Positions 49,901 to 62,377 of a stretch of 64,000 bases of DNA are shown one piece after another. The stretch's first letter is position 1; each line of letters begins with the position of its first letter. A program made the translations under genes and the position numbers. The notes beneath the pieces are model-generated. The model was not told the origin of the DNA. It saw nothing but the letters and a program-made list of their open reading frames with translations, and ran no database searches. Origin of the DNA: Anthoceros angustus (taxonomy: Eukaryota; Plantae; Anthocerotophyta); the NCBI GenBank assembly GCA_010909165.1, contig VJWM01000019.1, forward strand, positions 1,054,001 through 1,118,000. The letters run 5' to 3'.

Positions 49901-51374
49901 CGCCCCGGCATCGGCTCCCTCCTGTCTTTGCTCGGAGGGCACCAAAAGGAGGAAGGGAATCGCCTCCCAAACTTCCACAGGTGGTGAGGGGTTCGCTCAG
50001 GGCGTATGGAGTCAGGAATCCCTCCCGATCGTCCTCCTCCAGTCGCTTGGTCTTGAAGGGCGACCCCCACCTCAGGCGCCCTTGCACGCTCTACTTACAG
50101 CGGGGCCTCCGGCCCCTTGGGCGCCGCTCAAGCTCTCCCTCCTTGAGCTCGAAATGTCCCCATACATGAATCGTATGGGGTCACCGATGGCGAGGCTTCT
50201 CGCTCCTTAGCTTGCGTGCCTCTGGCCCAGGCGAAGATAATCCTTCCCAGTCGCTCTCTTCCCACCGGCATGCGAGAATACCAGGTTATCACCAAGGTGA
50301 TCCACCTTGGTGGCGAGTTCAATGGACAATGATCGGGCTACCGCCCTTACTCGTATCCGGCGGATCGGATATCAACCATCCGTTGGTTGTCCGTGCGTTC
50401 GAGCCTCGGCATCGCCTTGTGGTGGCCCTATCTTCCGCCTTAAGGGGCTCGGCACCACGCCCCTTCTTCCTCCTTGAGCGGTTGTAGGCCATCCTCGGGA
50501 CCTCAAGGTCCATCGCCTCGGGTCCTCCGGAGGTTCTTGGATCGGACCTCCTTGTTGATCGCCGCATCTTCGGGCAAACTCCGGACTAGAGTAGCGTTGT
50601 CAAAGGTCCGGACCATTTGGAACACGTCCGGATGCCACTCTGCACCAATTCCCTTCCTCCGGCCCGGGGCCGAAGTCCGGATAGCGCGGGTCACAATGTT
50701 GCGCTCCACGAGGGTCCATGGCTCCCAGACTCCGTCGGCTTTTGGGTGCCATTGCTTTCTCCTCCTCTTGTTCTGGCTGGCGAGTCCGCACGATGTTCCT
50801 CCTTGCCGCGTTGCTCCAACCGTGCGCGCGCTCTAAAGCCCAAAAACGCCGAGCGGATTGCGGGCGCAAGGGGCTATGAGGTATGCGGAGGCTGCAGCCT
50901 CCTCCTTGGCGCGCTTGTGGAAGTAACTTCTGGGCGGGAAGGCGCCTCTTCGTTGTCCGTAGCGCGAGTGCGCATGGCTTACTCGACCCTCGCTTGCTTA
51001 CTGCGGCCTTCGCCGCGCGCGGGCGTGAATACTGCCTGCGGCCTCAGCAGGTTACGGTCTGGCCTCACGCATGCCGACCTCCACTCGGGGCCGTCCGTGG
51101 CGCCGCCTCGTCATCCTCACGCCTCCGCTCCTAGGTTACTTTCCTGGCGTACTTATCCTATTTTGACACAGGTGGGTTCCGGACTTATCCGTTACTCGGC
51201 GTAGTCCGAGCTTGCCATAGTGGTAGGGTCCGTTGTTCACTCGAGTCGGAGTATACTCGAGCCTCGTCCGGCGCTACCCCAATTTATTCCTCCTTTTCCG
51301 CCTTATTTATCCTTCAATCCTAAAAAAGCGAAACCCTACTTGTTTCTTAACTCCCGAAGTGCACCCAGCCCACA
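46937..51374 (-). repeat. 5' LTR of element A (~4.4 kb)
   Basis: Begins TGTGGCGGG right after the PBS-adjacent CAGCGCCAAAA; ends GCCCACA and is followed by the missing ~26-bp tail of LTR-B. Confidence 0.87.
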
Positions 51375-54300
51375 AAATGCGGACGCCGGTTTGGCACTCC
51401 TTCTCCCTTCTCATCTGGCCTCGCCAACACCTGGTAATCGCTCTTTCGCCGGACTCTCCCCTTCTCAGGTTTTACCTCCTCGGGTGTCGGATCCAGTCTA
51501 GCAACATTGGAACCTTTTTACCAAGATTCATCCTCCGTTGAGGATGAGTCGCCCTCTCCTCCTCTTGTTCTGTAGGCTGCTGGCGTCGGCGGCACGATGT
51601 TCCTCCTTCGCGCGTTGCTCCAACCTTGACGGTGCCACGCTCTGGCGGTGGCGCCCAAAAGAGCGCGAGCGGATTGCGGGCGCAAGGGGCTATGAGGATT
51701 TATGCGGAGGCTGCGCAAATGACCTCCTTGGCGCTTGTGGAAATGCTTCGGGGAAGGCGCCTCTTCGTTGTCCGTAGCGCGAGTGCATGGCTTACTCGAC
51801 CCTCGCTTCACTGCGGCCTTCGCGCGCGCCAGGCGTGAATACTGCCTGCGGCCTCGGCAGGTTACAGTCTGCTCACGCATGCACCTCCACTCGGGGCCGT
51901 CCACGTGGCGCCGCCTCGTCATCCTCACGCCTCCGCTCCTAGGTTACTTTCCTGGCGTACTTATCCTATTTTGACACAGGTGGGTTCGGACTTATCCGTT
52001 ACTCGGCGTAGTCGGAGCTTGCCATAGTGTAGGGGTCCGTTGTTCACTCAGTCCGGAGTATACTCCGCCTCGTCCGGCGCTACCCCAATTTATTCCTCCT
52101 TTTCCGCCTTATTTATCCTTCAATCCTAAAAAAGCGAAACCCTACTTGTTCTTAACTCCCGGAAGTGCCCACAAAATGCGGACGCCAGTTTGGCATCCAC
52201 GCCTCCCTTCTCATCTGTTGGCCTGCAACACCCTGTATCTCTCTTTCCGTCGGACTCTCTCCTTCTCAGTTTTACCTCCTCGAGGTCGTCCGGCAACATT
52301 GGAACCTTTTTACCAAGATTCATCCTCCGTTGAGGATGAGTGCCCCTCCTCCTCGAGGTTGATGTCTTGGTCCTCCCGGTGGCAGGTGCCCATCTTCTTT
52401 CTCCCTTTGAGCATCTTTGGGCCTCCCGCTAGATTCGCACCCTCGGTAGGTCTGGCATCCTCCCTACTTACATATACCTCCACGAGCCATTACACCCATC
52501 CTGGCCACTTAATCGTGGCCGTCCTACTCCTACTAACTCAGGCAGGTCCACTGAATACCATTCCCGACAGCAGCGCCAAAATGTGGCGCGACTTGTGGCG
52601 GTAGGGACGCGCGCACAATCCATGTCGTTGTAGAAAGGAGTCCGCTCCCAAGGGAATGGTCCGTGCTTATTACGCACGAGCTCTCGACTCGCACGAGCGG
52701 ACTTCAGCCGAGGTTGGGTCGGCTCCACAACCCTAAGTGTGTGCCCCTCCACAACTCGTCGGACCCGGTAGCGCGCGACCGGACCTTCCACAAACCGCCC
52801 TGATTTCTCGATACTAGGAGCGGGTTTTGCGTTCGCCCGTCGATCCTCGTACTCTAAGCGCCCCGGCTCACGAACTCTGTCCGGCCACAACTCCACCTCA
52901 ACACACCGTATCCGACCCTTCTCCTTATCCATTCCCGGCTAGTAGTCACAACACCAACACGCCGATGTATTCACAGGGCCTGGGTACTTCGCGTTGGAGG
53001 TGGCTTCCGACTGCATCCCGACCTCCACTCGGGGCCGTCCGTGGCGCCGCCTCGTCATCCTCACGCCTCCGCTCCTAGGTTACTTTCCTGGCGTACTTAT
53101 CCTATTTTGACACAGGTGGGTTCGGACTTATCCGTTACTCCGTAGTCGGAGCTTGCCATAGTGATGCGGGTCCGTTGTTCACTCCAGTCAGTATACTCGA
53201 GCCTCGTCCGGCGCTACCCCAATTTATTCCTCCTTTTCCGCCTTATTTATCCTTCAATCCTAAAACCCTACTTTCTTAACTCCCAGTGCATATAGCCTGA
53301 CTACCGGACATCAGTTTGGCTCCACATACTCCCTTCTCATCTGTTGGCCTCAACACCTGCAATACTCGCTCTTTCCGTCGGACTCTCTCCTTCTCGGGTT
53401 TTACCTCCTCGGGTGTCGGATCCAGTCTAGCAACATTGGAACCTTTTTACCAAGATTCATCCTCCGTTGAGGATGAGTGCCCCTCCTCCTCAGGTTGATG
53501 TCTTGGTCCTCCCGGTGGCAGGTGCCCATCTTCTTTCTCCCTTTGAGCATCTTTGGGCCTCCCGCTAGATTCGCACCCTCGGTAGGTCTGGCATCCTCCC
53601 TACTTACATATACCTCCACGAGCCATTACACCCATCCTGGCCACTTAATCGTGGCCGTCCTACTCCTACTAACTCAGGCAGGTCCACTGAATACCATTCC
53701 CGACAGCAGCGCCAAAATGTGGCGCGACTTGTGGCGGTAGGGACGCGCGCACAATCCATGTCGTTGTAGAAAGGAGTCCGCTCCCAAGGGAATGGTCCGT
53801 GCTTATTACGCACGAGCTCTCGACTCGCACGAGCGGACTTCAGCCGAGGTTGGGTCGGCTCCACAACCCTAAGTGTGTGCCCCTCCACAACTCGTCGGAC
53901 CCGGTAGCGCGCGACCGGACCTTCCACAAACCCGCCCCTGATTTCTCGATACTAGGAGCGGGTTTTGCGTTCGCCCGTCGATCCTCGTACTCTAAGCGCC
54001 CCGGCTCACGAACTCTGTCCGGCCACAACTCCACCTCAACACACCGTATCCGACCCTTCTCCTTATCCATTCCCGGCTAGTAGTCACAACACCAACACGC
54101 CGATGTATTCACAGGGCCTGGGTACTTCGCGTTGGAGGTGGCTTCCGACTGCATCCCGACCTCCGTTCAGTGACCTCCAGGATGACCCGCGGTAGTCACC
54201 TCAAGCGCCTCCCAATCCCCTCGGGTGCTTCCACGTTCTGCGGTATTCATGGCCTGCATCCCCACGGCCTCCGTTCGGCCTCCAAGGATGGCTTCCGCTC

Positions 54301-55899
54301 GGTCGCCCCAAGCGCCTCCTAATCCCCTCAGTGCTTCACGTTCCGGAGAAGTGGCCCCTGCATCCCGGCCTCCGTTCAGCCTCCAAGGTTAGTCTACAAA
54401 ATCACCCGCGAGCACCTCCCAGCTCGAGTCCACATGCGCACCATCAAGCGTGTTGGCGGGCTGCGTCACGAGCTCTAAACACATCCCTCTACCACCAATT
54501 AATCACGCGGTGGCCAGGGAACTCACTCCGCTCCTCGAGCGGGCGAGGCACCGGGCGCGGGTGGTACGGGATGATCGTCTTGCTGGGCCTTCCTATATAC
54601 TCCCATACCCTAACCTAACCCGCCTATGTATGTATCCCTAACCACTGTATGTACCCTAACCACAGGTCGTGGTAACCGCCAGCAGGACGTAGCTCATCAC
54701 TGCAGGACTTCTTGCACGGTACTTCCAGCAACTGATGATCCATGCAGTGATGCCCACCAACTAAACCACCGGCCGAGACCACTCGGTCGGACTTGGGAGC
54801 GGACCACTCCGCCGGACCTCTCAGAGACGGACCACTCCGCCGGACCTCGCCGGGCCAGGACCACTCACTCCGCTCCTCGAGCACGGAGAGGCAAAGCACC
54901 GCGGCGCGAGATGGTGGGATAGTGCTCGTCTTGGGCCTTGAGCCTTCCTATATACTCCCCCATACCTAACCTAACCCGCCTATGTATCCCTAACCACCTT
55001 TATGTATGTACCCTAACCACAGGTCGTGGTAACCGCCGGACGTAGCTCATCACTAGCATGGGACTTACTTGCTTCCCGCCAGCAGTAGACAAATCGCTGC
55101 AGTGATGCCCACCAAACTAAACCACCCGGCCGAGACCACTCGGTCGGACTTGGGAGCGGACCACTCCGCCGGACCTCTCAGGAACGGACCACTCCGCCGG
55201 ACCTCGCCCGGGACCGGACCACTCCGTCGGACCTCGCAGACCGGACCACTCCGCCGGACCTCTCAAGGACGGACCACTCCGTCCTCCAACGGACGGGTCT
55301 AGGGATTACACCGCAAGTGCTGATCGGTAAAATGGCCTTATTGGCTGCTCCTCCTATCCCTCTTACCGGTGACCAAAAGCAAAACAAGCCGCCGAGAGTA
55401 CGGACGCCGGTTGGCACTCCACAATCGTTGCGATCTTAGGGCGTGAGTTGAGCTTCGGGAATGGCTGCATCGTTACTGAAGTGAGCAGCTGTACATGTAG
55501 GAGGCGTTTGGCCGTATGCCAAGAAGCTCGTGTAACCAATCGGTTGCGGTCTAGCATTACCTAAAGCCTATTTCACGGTGTATTTACCTAATCCGAACAA
55601 TCGTTATCTATGGATGACCTAAGCGGAATATCTAGCGGGGTGTCTAAGCAGGGCATGCCTATCTGAGTCCGTTCGAGTGCGAGGAAACGAAAATTGGGTA
55701 CCCTAAAACGTCACCTGCCTCACATGGCCTCTTCACGGGCGGCCGTGTTGGCAAGGGCTGGTTCTTGGTGTCTTGTGACATTCTCCCCACTAAGCATGGT
55801 GGTCCTCGACCATCAAGGGATAATGAGGAAATCGGCAAGCAGTCTCCCCACGTCGCTAGGTCGTTGATGCTCCACCTACTAGGTAATCCGTGATGGTGC

Positions 55900-58800
55900 G
55901 GTTCGGGCTGGCGTTGCACGAGGATTATTGGGTTCGTGTACTCTGCTGTTGGTGGGCTATCGGTGGTGAGATGTCGGGTCTTTGTCGGTTGACACTGTGG
56001 TGTCTTTGGGAGTCGTTGGTAGGCATCTTTGGTGTCGCTGGTCCTTGGTAATGCGGGGAAGGACAACGGGAGGCGGGACTTGCACTAACTGTGTCCGTCA
56101 TGGGTGGAAGGAGGTGAGGCGGGCGTTCCTAGCAGTTTCGGCATCGACACATGGAGTGCAGCCAGTTTTCGGTGTGTGGGCGGTCGGTGGGCGGCGGGGT
56201 TCACTTGCTTGGTGATGCGAAAGGACCAGCAAATGCATGCGACGACTTGTTCTTACATTGGACCAGCGAGGATCGGTGTGGTTTCATGCGTAACCACAGT
56301 GACCAAGCGGTATATTCTGTCGATCTTTGGTTGGCGATTCTTTATAGGTCTTGGTCTTGAAACTTAGTCTCGCTTGTTGGATCTCGTGGAAAATGTCCTC
56401 TGCTAACTCAGCTGCACTTTGCCATTTGTCTTGGGCAGAAGGCCATAGGCCAGGTGGAGGTGGGCACTCGCCATAGAGAAGTTTGAAGGGGGCTACCCCT
56501 GTTGCTGCGTGCCGGGATGTGTTGTACGCGTATTCCAATAAAGGTAACATCGTTTCCCATAGTCCTTGCTTCTCGTTGGTGAAGTGCCTTAACATGTCTT
56601 CTAACACTGATTATGCTTCTCGGTTTGCCCGTCGCTCGGTGTGGTGAAGAGGTTTTGCTTGATACCCAAAGTTTGGTGAGTCCTCCAAAATCGGATGTAA
56701 ACTTGGTGTCACATCGAGACACGATGCTCTCGGGGTTCCGTGTAAGCGGAAAACTTCTCGATGAAGAGTGGGCTAACTTGGTTCTTTGTACGATCTTGTA
56801 GTCGGGATGAGGTGGCACGTTTTGACAACATCCATTACAACCCATATCTTGTCCTTCCGGTTGGTCCGGGAAGATGGTGATAAAATCCATGGAGATCGAT
56901 TGGAACCTACGGTTGGGATGTTTAATGGCATCAACGGGCCGGGCACAGTTCTCCGTTTTGCTTGTTGGCGGGATGTCGAGGCGGACCCGGTGATGGCATC
57001 ATCCTCAAGCCATCCCAATAAAATGTTCTTTTTGCAGGCGTCGTTTTGTCAATACCAAGATGGCACGAGATGGGGCTATCATGCGGGTCATGTAGAATCG
57101 TGCCGTACTTCCGCAATAAGCGAGGTATAACGTCCCTTCTTATACTGAGGCATGCATCTTTGATGGTGTATTCTGCATTAAGTGGTGGGAGCCATCCTGC
57201 GTCATCACAATTCGATATATGGTCCATAGTGCAGGATCACGTGGGAGCATCCCGAACCTGTATGGTGTCCAAGCTGGTAGTCATAAGGGAACGCTCGGCG
57301 ACTAAGAGCATCTGCTACAACATTAGTAGGTCCCTTGACGTCGGATCTAAAGTTGAAGTCACGCCAAATATTAGGACCACCGTCATTGCGGGCATTCGAG
57401 TTAGGTGAAAAAATGTTGCAAGCGTGGTGATACATATGGCATACGAACCTCGACCAAGCAAATAATGTCGCCAAATTTTTGTTGCATGGACTATGGCGAG
57501 CATTTCTTTATCGTGCAGCGTAATTCACCTGCACAAACTCGAGACTCATAAGCAATGGCCTTACCTTCTTGGGAGAGAACAGCACCGATGGCATAGTCGG
57601 ATCGTCGGTGTGAATATGTAAGGTAATTTCGGGTTGGCCACCGAATAGGAGGCTGAGGCGAGAGCAAGTTTGAGTGTTGTGAATGCTTGTTCAGCTTCCT
57701 TACCTAACGTCGTTTTCTGGTAGAGGCGGAGGCATCGATCAAGGCACGGCTATTTTGAAGTCACGATGAATCTGCAGTAACCGCCATTCCGAAGCCCCTG
57801 GTGGGTGATATCCTGTGGCAGTGTCCATTCTGATATAGCTTGGATCTTGCGGGTGTCAACTTTTATACCCTCAGCGCTGATAAGGTGACCCAGGTACTCA
57901 CACTCTTTCTTCATGAAAACGCACTAACTGCGTTTTGCTAACAGCTGGTTTTTCCGCAGAAGTTCGAAGACTTTCCTCACCAGCTCATAGTGGCCCTGTG
58001 GATCTGATGTGTAGATCAGGACATCGTCGAGGAACACCTCGACACCCTGACCAAGGAGAGGACGTAGTATTTCCTGCATCAGGCACTGAAAAGTGGCTGG
58101 TGCGTTTGTGAGACCGAACGGCATCACTATGAATTCGAAGTGGCGTGTCGGGTTGCCGATTTATACCGTCACCTTCTCGGATCCGGATCTGATGAAAGCC
58201 GGGCCTTGATCTATCTTGGTAAAGTATGCCCCATGCAAGCGATCTAAGATTTACGTCAATTACGGGCATTTGATACACATTCCTCACGGTAGCCACATTC
58301 AAGCCCTGTAATCGATACATAATCTCCATCCTCCATCGGCTTACCTGGCAGAGTGCGCCAAAGGGGAGGCGAGGCCGGACAAAACCTTGTTGTAAGAATT
58401 CATCCACACCTCTTAATCTCTTTGCTCTCGGATGCTGAAGCCCTGTATGGTGGTATGCTCACAGGTTTGTGGCCAGGTGTCAGTTCGATTGCCCGACGTG
58501 GAGGTAACTCTGTAGGTGTCTCAAATACATCCTTGAAACTGTCCAGCAAGTCCTTCATCTCCTGGGGTAGGGTTGCCTCGTCCTCCTTAGCTTTTGCTGC
58601 CCTAGATTCTGCTGTGCCTTCTAAAGGCAAGACTTTTTTGAGCTTCGCCACATACAAAAACCTCCATGGGGTGGTGGCTTTATTCAGAGCGGACACTGCA
58701 AATAAGTGTTTGTCGGGGACATACTTGTCTCCCTTCATTACATGCTGGTGCTGATCTGTGCTCAATCTGACTATGTTGTTTGTCCAGTCTATCGACAACT

Positions 58801-59182
58801 GATGGGAGTGCTTGGCCAGCCATGGCTTGCCAATTATCAGGTCGTGACAAAGTGTAGGCATGACAGTAAAATGCAGCTTCTCGGCATGACCGCCAGGAAA
58901 GGTAACTTCAGCCTCTGCACATTGTTCGACACCTGTATCACGCCCATTGAGGGCTGTAACCACTGTGGACAGGTGTCCAGTGTCTTTGATTAGCAATCCT
59001 GCCTTCTCAGCTGCCGACTGTGAGATATAGTGATGACTGGCTCCGGAGTCCAAGAGACTCGTTGCAGTCATACCATTTATACTTACTAACAGTTTGATCG
59101 GCACGTGTTCCAGTTGCGAGACTCGGACTTCTGCGGCCAAGACACAACTTTGGACGCGGCGCTCGATTTTGGGGTTCCACAA
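55900..59182 (-). pseudogene. pol: Pol of element C (PR-RT-RH-IN), frameshifted
   Basis: LLDSGASHHYISQ; [16 protein letters not shown] and VFLDDVLIYT; MLAIVHATKIWRHYLLG; HDSPISCHLGIDKT, MDFIT, WETMLPLLEYAYNTSRHAATG. Confidence 0.93.
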
Positions 59183-59258
59183 CCTCCTCTATCGTCACCG
59201 AATGCCCACTCTTGGCGGCGTGGGTGGCCTAGGAGAATGCGTGTGGTCCGACTGCTTT

Positions 59259-60467
59259 TCAGCCGGTGATGAATTCCTTGCGGTAGGGGCAGGCTCTAGA
59301 CCCGTGTTCGGTCGAGATACATGTGAAGCACATGTGCTTCTCATGGTACCTTTTTTTCTCCTCGTCCGTTAGGATCTTGAAGACTGGTTTTTTTTCAGCC
59401 GCACTCGCTACTTGACCCCACCACTTGGTTGGGTTGGATGTGTTCAGGTGCTTGTACTTATTGCTCCCATAGTTGATTGCCGTCCTCATAGCATCGGCCA
59501 ACGTACCGGGATTAGTCTGATTCACATCAGCGCGCAAATCGTACTTCAACCCATCAATGAAACGCTCAATCTTCTGTTCTTCGTCCAACCGGGGCATATC
59601 CAGAGTAAGCTGCAAGAACCGGTCGCAGTATTCCTGGACAGTGCCGTTTTGCTGGATTTTCCAGAACTGATGATAGAGTTCCCGTCGGTGGTTGACAGGG
59701 AGGAAATTCTCAAGGAATTTATGGCGGAAGGTAGCCCAAGTGAAAATTGGGGTTTCCATCCCCAGCTCCACTTGATGTTCCCTTTGCCTCCACCACCTAT
59801 AGGCGTAACCCTCGAGAGACATCACGCAGAACTGAATCTTCTGCATATCGTCCTTCTCCGTGGCATTGAGGTACTTATCCAATTTATCCAACCAGTTGTG
59901 AACAGCCTGCGCGTCCCTTCTCGCTTCCGTTGAACGTTGTTGTCCTGATTTTTCTTTGAAGCTCTTTGTCCAGCTGACCTCGAGGTCGGATGATAGGTTC
60001 GTCCTGCTGCTCCATCTGATCTTGATAGGCCTTACTCGGGCCTCCCGGTGCTCATACCTCGTAAGTCGACGAACCAAGGCCTTGATGTCCTTGTTCTCGC
60101 CCTCTCCTGGTAAGAGCTCAACCGCCAACCTGCGTATGTCACCTTCCTCCATGCTACGGGTTGGTACAGTTGGTTCTGCGAACGCCCTCTTCTCCTTACT
60201 CCGTTGGCTGATCGTGCACACAGGTGTGGGTGCGTCACGGGCCCGTGGATCAGGTATGCTGGGCGTCGGCGTTGCCGTAGCTGGTTGGGATGTGTCTAAA
60301 CCATCTAGAGCAGGCGCGGTGTCTGGATTAGGTGGCGTGGCCCAATGCCCGTAGCACACCGCAATGGTTCTCCAAACGCATCGGCCCTCTTCCAGAGACT
60401 CCACTCTTTCTAGAGATTGCTCCACCGCTTGCATCCGATGTCCTTGTGAGACCAAGGTCTCGGACAT
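59259..60467 (-). CDS. gag: Gag of element C (402-aa open frame with retrotransposon gag domain and CCHC knuckle)
   Basis: LDKYLNATEK...SLEGYAYRWWRQR...FLENFLPVNHR...RFIDGLKYDLRADV; zinc knuckle CFTCISTEHGSRACP. Confidence 0.92.
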   Translation of the reverse strand: MSETLVSQGHRMQAVEQSLERVESLEEGRCVWRTIAVCYGHWATPPNPDTAPALDGLDTSQPATATPTPSIPDPRARDAPTPVCTISQRSKEKRAFAEPTVPTRSMEEGDIRRLAVELLPGEGENKDIKALVRRLTRYEHREARVRPIKIRWSSRTNLSSDLEVSWTKSFKEKSGQQRSTEARRDAQAVHNWLDKLDKYLNATEKDDMQKIQFCVMSLEGYAYRWWRQREHQVELGMETPIFTWATFRHKFLENFLPVNHRRELYHQFWKIQQNGTVQEYCDRFLQLTLDMPRLDEEQKIERFIDGLKYDLRADVNQTNPGTLADAMRTAINYGSNKYKHLNTSNPTKWWGQVASAAEKKPVFKILTDEEKKRYHEKHMCFTCISTEHGSRACPYRKEFITG

Positions 60468-61336
60468 GTCCTCATGAGTCCCCTCCAGTTCTGATCGCTC
60501 CTCGGGCGCCGAGAGCCTCCATGATGATGCTCACAGGCTGCGAATTTAGTTGTAGCGACTCATCCGTCGTCCATTGGGATTGTGGGGCCGCCTTCTTCCT
60601 CGGCTGCCCCTCCGGTAGCGGAGAGGTTACGTAGCATAATCCGCAGCGGTTGTGCGCCTCGGCGTCGGACATACTCGGATGTTCGGGTAGCCACAGCGAG
60701 ATTGGTGCATTACGCAGCTCCGTCGGATCCTGACTCGTGCCTGGCTCTTCTCTGCAGGCACTTTTCCAAGGACCCGTGTCGGTCAGTCTACCGCGATTGG
60801 ACGAGGTGGGTGCATGCCTACCTCTCCGTGCAAGCCGCCCGATTCCCTCCAGTGATGTTCCTCTTCGCCGCTCGAGATGCTGCCTCTCCACCTCACGTGG
60901 TGAGACACGTTCGCTCATTCTGGCTGCGCCACGGGTTTCCAACGACAAATGTCGATTGCGGCGAAAGCGGGCTCGATACCGGATGCAACACTCCTCGGGA
61001 TCGTTGCGATCCGGGGCGTGTGAGTTGAGCTCGGGAATGGGCGCATCGTTACTCGTGAGACATGTAGGAGCGGTGGCCGTGCAAGAAGTCCTGTAACCAA
61101 TGATTCACGGTCTAACGTACCTAAAGCCTATTTACGGGTATTTACCTAATCGAACAATACGTTATCTATGGATGACCTAAGCGGAATATCTAGCGGGTGT
61201 CTAAGCAGGGCATGCCTATCGGTCGTTCCTGCAAGGGAACGCAGAAAATTGGTGGTACCCTAAGGCATCTGCCTTTCGGTGGCCTCTACTGGAGCCGTGT
61301 TGGTTAATTTGGTTCTTGTTGTCTTGTGACACATTT

Positions 61337-62370
61337 GCATTCTTTAGATAGACTTTCATTACTATCAACAGTGCAAGACCCTGCACCTTCCATTCCGGAA
61401 TTGTCGCAAGCTACTATTCAGTGACCTTTCCAAGGCCACTTGTGTACCGAAATGTTCTGGAGTATCCCCGAATTCAGGCCTTGATGATGATTGTGTGTGA
61501 AGGTGAGCAGCAGTTTCGCTCCAACTACAATTACTGTGGAGTTGTCAATAGCACCAGCACAAAAAAAGGTCTAGTGAATACGGACACCAGTGGTTTCCAA
61601 GGGTTTAATATCGATAGGTACTGCACTCCCTTTGTACCGGGATCAATAAATCCGCCGACAGTGTATACATTTTTTCGTCTTACAATTAGGGAAAACATTG
61701 CACATTTTTCCATATGTTTGCAAACTTTTATCGTCAGTTATGGATAAGGTATTGTTTATCTAAGGTGGAAAGAGGTGCAACCCAAACTACCATTAATCAT
61801 GGGAAGTTGGGCGCCTTCATGCCGTCGACAAACTTCCCAAACTACATTTACCATGGGTGATGCCGGCACCCATTACGAAATCAAGCTTCCTTCAAAGGCC
61901 TCCACCTTCAACATCTACAACACTCATGTACAAGATGGCCTTCTAATCTCCGCTCTAAATTTTTTAATCTCTTGGACTCAAGCATCTTTCAGATTACTCC
62001 GACGACAACACAATGTCTTCATATATTGGCCTGCAAAAGTGCTGCTATTGACTACTCATACCTTTGTTTAGTTTGCGGGTACAACGAATCCCACAACCAC
62101 AACGAACTCCCGGGAGTCCTGTGTAGGAGGAGAAGGTGGGTACCGTAATGGGCTTACCAAAAGAACGTCGGCATGTGGGCATCCTGGGCATCTTTTTATG
62201 GTTTATCTGGAGCGAATCAGGATCATTGCTAGAAAAAAAAATGTGCCCAAACTTCCTAGTGGGGGCCAGCATGCCGGTGCCCTGAGCTTGTTCTTGCTGT
62301 TTATGTGGAGCAAAATAAGATCAGCGCTGGGAGAAGAAATATGCCAAAACTTCCTAGTGGGCAACCAACT
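61337..62370 (+). pseudogene. Possible degraded LINE 3' region (zf-RVT-like); continuous with ~28900-29153 before C inserted
   Basis: Weak motifs ENIAHF-SIC (cf. ETIxHLFFxC) and LWFIWSE (cf. WxIWKERN); many stops. Confidence 0.35.
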
Positions 62371-62377
62371 TAGAATA

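Larger units (their letters stand above)
32193..51374 (-). mobile_element. Ty3/gypsy element A, Athila-like non-chromovirus, ~19.2 kb with ~4.4-kb LTRs
   Basis: Direct repeats 32193-36596 and 46937-51374 with TGTGG...CCCACA termini. PPT GATGAGAAGGGAGTA at 36597-36611. Asp-type PBS at ~46920-46936. RT motif RKLNARTEKDHF; integrase GIDFVGPI. Confidence 0.88.
29179..55422 (-). mobile_element. Tandem non-autonomous LTR element B (LTR-interior-LTR-interior-LTR) inserted in the 3' LTR of C and hosting element A
   Basis: Flanked by ATCGC (29174-29178) and ATCGT (55423-55427); the intact C LTR has a single GGGATCGTTGCG. LTR termini TGTGGCGCG...CCACA. Short non-coding interiors bounded by PPT and PBS. 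Confidence 0.82.
29159..61331 (-). mobile_element. Ty3/gypsy LTR retrotransposon C (chromovirus-like). 5' LTR 60984-61331; 3' LTR split into 29159-29178 and 55423-55780 by a 26-kb nested insert
   Basis: TSD CATTT at 29154-29158 and 61332-61336. Both LTR copies begin TGCAACACTC and end TCTTGTGACA. PPT (CTTAGTGGGGAGAA on minus) next to 55780. Degenerate iMet PBS at 60970-60980. Confidence 0.92.
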
